Source of the DNA: Leidyana gryllorum EB-2025a
Taxonomy: Eukaryota > Protista > Apicomplexa
Length of the DNA: 64,000 bases
Direction of reading: 5' to 3'
NCBI GenBank assembly: GCA_048772705.1
Contig: JBLWGC010000213.1
Span: 248,001-312,000 of the forward strand
The stretch's first letter is position 1. Each line of letters begins with the position of its first letter. Of the stretch, positions 59,059-64,000 are shown piece after piece. Made by a program: the position numbers and the translations under genes. The notes below the pieces were generated by a model. It did not search any database and was not told the origin of the DNA. It saw only the letters and a list, made by a program, of their open reading frames with translations.

Positions 59059-59942
59059 ATGCGTCTAGTCATTCAGCGTGTCAGGTCGGCCGCCGTCCAT
59101 GTCGGAGGGGAGCCTGTAGGGCAAATTGGTCCAGGACTTTTGGTTTTATGGGGCATCCAAGCTGGTGACACCTGGTAGGGATTGTTTCGTTCGCGCAAAG
59201 TGACTCTGACAGCACAGGACTGAAGCTGACTATTGTATCCGAAAATGCCTGAACGCCAAACTGTGGAACGAAGACGCCGAGCACGAGGGTCAGTGTCGTG
59301 ATTCGGGCAACAAGTTGATCCCGGCTGCGGGTGGGGGAAAGACTTGGGCCAAATCGGTCATGGATCAGGGATACGAGATTTTGGTGGTGTCACAATTCAC
59401 GTTGTTTGGTTCACTCAAGGCAGGGAACAAACCTGATTTTCATCATGGTGAGTCTGAGCCTGGCGATCACACGAGCTCTGCATTGGTATTCAGCAATGCC
59501 TGCGGGAGAAGCGACCAAGTTTTTCGATGAAATAGTGGCGAAGCTGCGATCACAATATGTGGCTGAGAGAATTCACACTGGTGCTTTCGGGCAATTCATG
59601 CGTAGGCTTCTGCTTCATGGAGCTAAGCAAAATATTGGACGTGCAGAGGTTTCGCTTGTCAATGACGGACCAGTGACACTGGTTCTGGAAGCCCCGAAGA
59701 AGGAGGGCAACGGGCACGGCGGACATGGTGGGCACGGAGGACATGGTGGACACCATGGCCATGGCGGCCACGGACGAGGCCGAGGCCATCACCACCAGCA
59801 CCATCACCATCATCACCACCACCATGGCGCCCAGCAGCAGCAGGGTGAAGGAGGCGAGAAGGCTCCACAAGCGAGTGATCAACAACCAGAGCAACAACAA
59901 CAACAGCAGCTTCATGAAGGAGAAGGCGTGACTATGTGCTGA
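59059..59942 (+). CDS. DTD: D-aminoacyl-tRNA deacylase (DTD1) with His/Gly-rich C-terminal tail
   Basis: [34 protein letters not shown] (Gly-cisPro motif). Confidence 0.95.
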
Positions 59943-59949
59943 GAATGCG

Positions 59950-60522
59950 TTATACAGTGGGGAGGACCTCTTCGTCTTCCGGGTTTAGATCTTGTTCCTC
60001 CTCATCGGCCTGAGAGTTTTCCCCCTCGGGAGGTGCCGGGGCTGAGGGATGGCACTCCAGCTCACTAATGACTTGAACATTGCCCGACTCCATGGCCAAA
60101 TCGATTGGAGACTTGCCGAACTGGTTTTTGAGCGTCACATTGATAGTGGAGTCAGTACATAGGAACTGGACCGTTTCCAAACCCCCAGCGAGTGCTGCCC
60201 AGTGCAGAGGAGTGTTACCCAAACTATTGGGTTGATGTTGGCTGAAACTGAGAGGTTCGCTCATCAACCACTTGACGACGTCTATGTGGCCATTGGCAGC
60301 CGCATGGTGAAGTGCAGTGGAGCCGTTGTCATCAGGGTGGTGGAGGCTCTGTAGTGTATAGGGGTAGTCTTCGGGTCTTCCAGAAGGCCATTCATCTTCG
60401 AACCCTTCAGGTAGTTTCTTGCTTTGAATAAGTTGACAGATTTCCTGTGCAGTCTCGAGGTGACCTTCACCGCAGTGATGACGGAATTCGTCAATGAGAG
60501 TCCATTGGTCCGAGGATGACAT
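59950..60522 (-). CDS. Ankyrin-repeat protein, YAR1-like (Rps3 chaperone)
   Basis: STALHHAAANGHIDVV, GNTPLHWAALAGGLETVQFLC, KNQFGKSPIDLA and an acidic tail. Confidence 0.72.
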   Translation of the reverse strand: MSSSDQWTLIDEFRHHCGEGHLETAQEICQLIQSKKLPEGFEDEWPSGRPEDYPYTLQSLHHPDDNGSTALHHAAANGHIDVVKWLMSEPLSFSQHQPNSLGNTPLHWAALAGGLETVQFLCTDSTINVTLKNQFGKSPIDLAMESGNVQVISELECHPSAPAPPEGENSQADEEEQDLNPEDEEVLPTV

Positions 60523-60545
60523 TAACCTTTTTTTCGCACTTCCAT

Positions 60546-62177
60546 ATGCAGACTCTGTTGAAGCGGGTCGGCCTGTGGACCCCCTACTTGAGTAATGCGG
60601 ACTGCGAGGAGCTGACAAAGTATAAATATCATTCTGGTGCGGGTACTAAGCTCGACAATGTCCTGAACCGGTTTTGGTGGACGCCTCTATCGGAAGTTGT
60701 GCCCAGGGTGAGATCAGAGCCGAGGATCTCAGTTTCAATTGATGTCAGAATGTACACCCGAACGTTTTGACCGTAGTGGCCTTACTATGCAGTTTGGTGA
60801 TGTCATATCTGCCACTCCTGTTATCCGCTGCTGACTTTGCCTCCCCCGCACCTCGCATCGTTTATGGTCTCATAGTCTTGGGGTTCTTCTTGTATCAAAC
60901 CCTCGATGCAATTGACGGCAAACAAGCTCGCCGAACGGGGCTGAGTAGTCCTACGGGTCAAATGATGGATCACGGATGTGATTCTTTGACCACTTATTAT
61001 TCAATGTTCATCATCTGCGCCACTGTGCAACTCGGACAAAGCAGCATGATGTGTTGGGTGAGCCCAAAATCAGTCACCCAGCTTACGATCAATTTCCTCG
61101 TAGATGGTCACCGTGCTGGCCCTCCAACTCTATATGTATCAATGGTGGGAGTGCACATTCGGCGTCTTCCGCTCGTGCACGGGCGAGTATTGCGGAGTCA
61201 CTGAGGGCCAATTCATGGTGGGCTGAGCTGGACGCACAAAGCTCAATGTTCATCGATCCCATAGATCATCTTCTTGGCCCTCATTGGTCTAATCCAACCC
61301 ACAGCCTGGAGTCACCCCGTAGGCGATATGATCGGAGGCCCGATCGGCTTTGTGTGAGCAGTTTGTGGCACCACACACGCACAGCTTTGTCCCTTTACAG
61401 ATTAAACCTGGCGACTTTGCACATTCCCCTATACATCTTTGTCTATGTGGGCGGTTGCGGGGCGTGAGTAACATTTCGGCACAAAGTCTTTCTTTCTGCA
61501 CACCCCCCTTTCAGGCTCTACTGGACTCTTTACAAAGATGTCCGGGCACTCTTCACGACTGACAAACCCAAAGACACCCCCAAGGCTATCCGTGAATGGA
61601 TGCAGATTGGTCTCCAGGTCTATGCCAATGCCGCACTGGTCGTTGGAGGCGTCGTCGCCCGACACCCGTTCCTGGCCACTATGATGATGGCCAACGCGGG
61701 GTCTCTGTTGGCGTGGCGTTTGATTCTGAGTTCTGTTGCCAAAGTGAGGCAGGCGACCGTTCCTGGGACACATCTCTCCTTTCTTCTCCATAGGCCCCAC
61801 TGAGGATCCTCGAGTGGCCCAGCTACCCTTACATTGCACTCAGCATCCTTTGCAGTCTACGGTGTCTCCCGGGCTGGATGGAAAGTGTGCTTCTGATGGT
61901 GAGGCGATTACGGATGGGTGTGGCAAATGCTGAATGACAGGCCGGTTTCGTATGGACGACGGCGGCTTTGCTCTCGTTCATAGGTCTGAATATGATGATG
62001 GTCCGTGACCATCTCGGAATCTGTTTGTTCACTGTGCCGGTGAGCGAGGAGGTCAAAAATCAATCGGGCGTGGGCGCAGAGGTGAAAGAAGATTGGGCGA
62101 GTCCCCAGGTGAAAGCGGGCGAAGAGAGCGTGGAAACTCCCCCGACCTGCGAGCTGAGTCCCGTTGTGACGATGTAG
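60546..62177 (+). CDS. Choline/ethanolamine phosphotransferase (CDP-alcohol phosphotransferase), multi-exon
   Basis: LTKYKY, FWW, HPNVLT, YQTLDAIDGKQARRTGLSSPTGQMMDHGCD, GVTEGQ; many TM segments. Confidence 0.92.
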
Positions 62178-62202
62178 GAGGAAAAGGGTCACAATTTTGT
62201 CT

Positions 62203-63928
62203 ATGCGCCGGGCGTCGAAAGTGATAGGGAGCGAAAGGAGGGAGCCTTCGCGGCCTAACCCTTCCGAAGTAGCTGCAGCTCGAAAGCTGAAGGAGAAACA
62301 AACTGAGTCTGCCGAGCTCTATGGTGTTAAGAGCCTCGATGTTCGAACTAAGAGTGAAACCAGCTTGAATGCTTGCACCCTGGTCGGTCCTGGCTGGATC
62401 ACCATCCCTGACAGGGGAGAAATTGTCGTCTTCGCTCCAGATCGTGTGCTTCGGTCCTTGAAGCTCGATGTCGAAGAGCATCTCAATCGTGTACTCATCT
62501 TTATTCCAGAGTTCGCAAGACCTCACTTCTTTGTAGTTGACGCCCAATGTTTCCAGGCTCAGGCCAGTAAGCTCAATACACACCGACCTTTTCAATGCCA
62601 ACGCTTCTTCTCATCCCCAAACGATGACTGACTGACTGATTGAGGAGAGAAAGATTGCACTGGAAAAGTAGATAACACCACCCGTTCCCCCTCGATCGAA
62701 CACACACACGCACACACGGACGGACACACAGACAGATATTCTAACTTTCATCAGAGGATATCATAACGCAGCTCGATAAGCGAGCAGCTCAGGTGCATTC
62801 TTCGCTTGTATTTTTCCGCCAAAGTGAGTGGCAGCACCACTTATGCCCACCCTTAGATAATGTGCGCTTTTGTTAGATGGCTCGCTTGATGTGGGCTCCC
62901 GGAGCCTACGCCGGGCCCCTCTGGAGGAGTACGCAGATCGCATCACTAAGTTGGAAGTTGATGAAGATGGACGTCGGCGTTTCCGAACATTGCAGACTCG
63001 AACGTCTCAAGTGGAAGCCGAAATAAAGGACATCATCCACGCTGAGCTGAAGCGCTCCCGAGACTTGGCAAATCGTATTCGAAAAATAGATGCTTCACTG
63101 GCCGATCTGAACAAGGAGGCCTCGACCTTAGCCGTGGGGACAGTGAGCTCGGCGGGTGGGACGTCTTCGCCTCGGCTCAGCGACTCGACCGGGCAACGGG
63201 AGTCGGTGCAGGTCAGCTCGGAGGAGAACGCGGAAGCCAATTTGGCTACGCCAACCTTTCGTTCAAGTGACGGGGGCACTTCGGATGACATAATGCCCCC
63301 GCCGACAGCTCCTGTCGGCATGGCGGCGTTGAGGAACACTGTTCAGAGCGGTTTGTGTCGAGTGAATCGGCGGTTCTGTCAGGCTCAACTGGCAGCACAA
63401 CGGACTGGTCGTCAAGTCAGCGCCCGTCGGGCTCGGCGTGCCAAGTCTGTGGAAGACGTTTTGCCAGAAGAGGAGGAGGAACCACCTGGGCGGCCCGAAG
63501 CGGCTGAAGACGAGAATGCCGGTTGGAGGGCGCGTTCCAGGTCGTTTATGCGTCAGGTACCGGGATGGCGTATCCGTCGTCAACCTGCGGCTGCGGCCGA
63601 GGAGGCGGAGGACGAGGTGGGTGGGGATGAGGCGGGAGGTCATTTGAATCTGAGTGTTTCCTCTCTGACCAAAATTGCCCCGCCGGCGGGCGAGTCGTCT
63701 GCTCCGACGGTCGCGCCGCGCAGTGTGTCTCCATTCTCACGGCTTATGGATCGACATGAGTTTAACTTTTGGATCAAATCTCATTTCACCCAGATAGCTC
63801 GGACCCAAGACGACCTGCGCAGGAAGCTGTTGGATCAGCAGGAGCGGTTGATGAGTCATCAGCGCAGTTTGGGGCGATGGTATCAGGATTTGAGGCAACA
63901 ACACCTCCGTGAAACTGGTAAAAAGTAA
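62203..63928 (+). CDS. Hypothetical coiled-coil protein, probably one gene with 2 introns
   Basis: GCC A|GTAAGC..CATCAG|AG and CAA A|GTGAGT..TGTTAG|AT junctions link the 62197..62631 and 62870..63928 frames in phase; no family recognised. Confidence 0.55.
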
Positions 63929-64000
63929 TGCTTGCAGCCCAAGAAGATTTTGCCATATGATTGGGACCGAACCTTCGGTCTTTTTCACTGAACGCAACCG

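Noticed and set aside
60546-62177. Selenoprotein I-type UGA recoding in CEPT
   Set aside because: The gene ends at TAG with no in-frame UGA motif, and only 25 nt separate it from the next ATG.
62053-62601. 182-aa minus-strand ORF
   Set aside because: Overlaps the CEPT end and a plus-strand exon that splices in phase to the downstream ORF; most likely antisense shadow.
1-64000. Alternative genetic code, stop read-through or programmed frameshifts to explain broken ORFs
   Set aside because: Every break I examined is explained by a short GT-AG intron; TAA, TAG and TGA all serve as terminal stops.

Overview
Gene-dense eukaryotic DNA, not bacterial. I reconstruct about 32 protein-coding genes split by short GT-AG introns (mostly 39-60 nt), with start/stop codons often only 1-40 nt apart. 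Protein similarity judged by eye (e.g. a Plasmodium-like DTD sequence) suggests an alveolate, probably an apicomplexan or gregarine-like parasite; this is inference. Recognisable genes: eRF3 (partial), RIO1, cyclin L-like, adenylosuccinate synthetase, ADA2, a J-protein, ASF1, AMP deaminase, a ~14-kb Rav1/DMXL gene, a multi-C2 protein, TPR-Aha1_N, inositol monophosphatase, transketolase, PPCS, BAP31-like, UTP18, DTD, YAR1-like and CEPT. Manual splicing reveals genes the ORF track breaks up: an A/B-type (group I) cyclin, a divergent LST8 (TOR complex subunit), a PP2C-fold pseudophosphatase and a START lipid-transfer protein. The most unusual locus is a four-gene tandem GH18 chitinase-like array (46538-52539). 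Three copies carry a non-canonical D-x-N-x-E catalytic motif: one is secreted with two Cys-rich modules I do not recognise, and two end in GPI-type signals. The fourth lacks the catalytic Glu. The three Glu-retaining copies share an upstream GACGTGC motif. Also notable: a tail-less H2A-like histone-fold gene with an eroded acidic patch, head-to-head genes sharing 20-34 nt A/T-tract spacers, and a 42-nt GT...GG intron-like insertion in DTD. All family calls are motif recognition by eye; no database search was run, and exon boundaries are manual.
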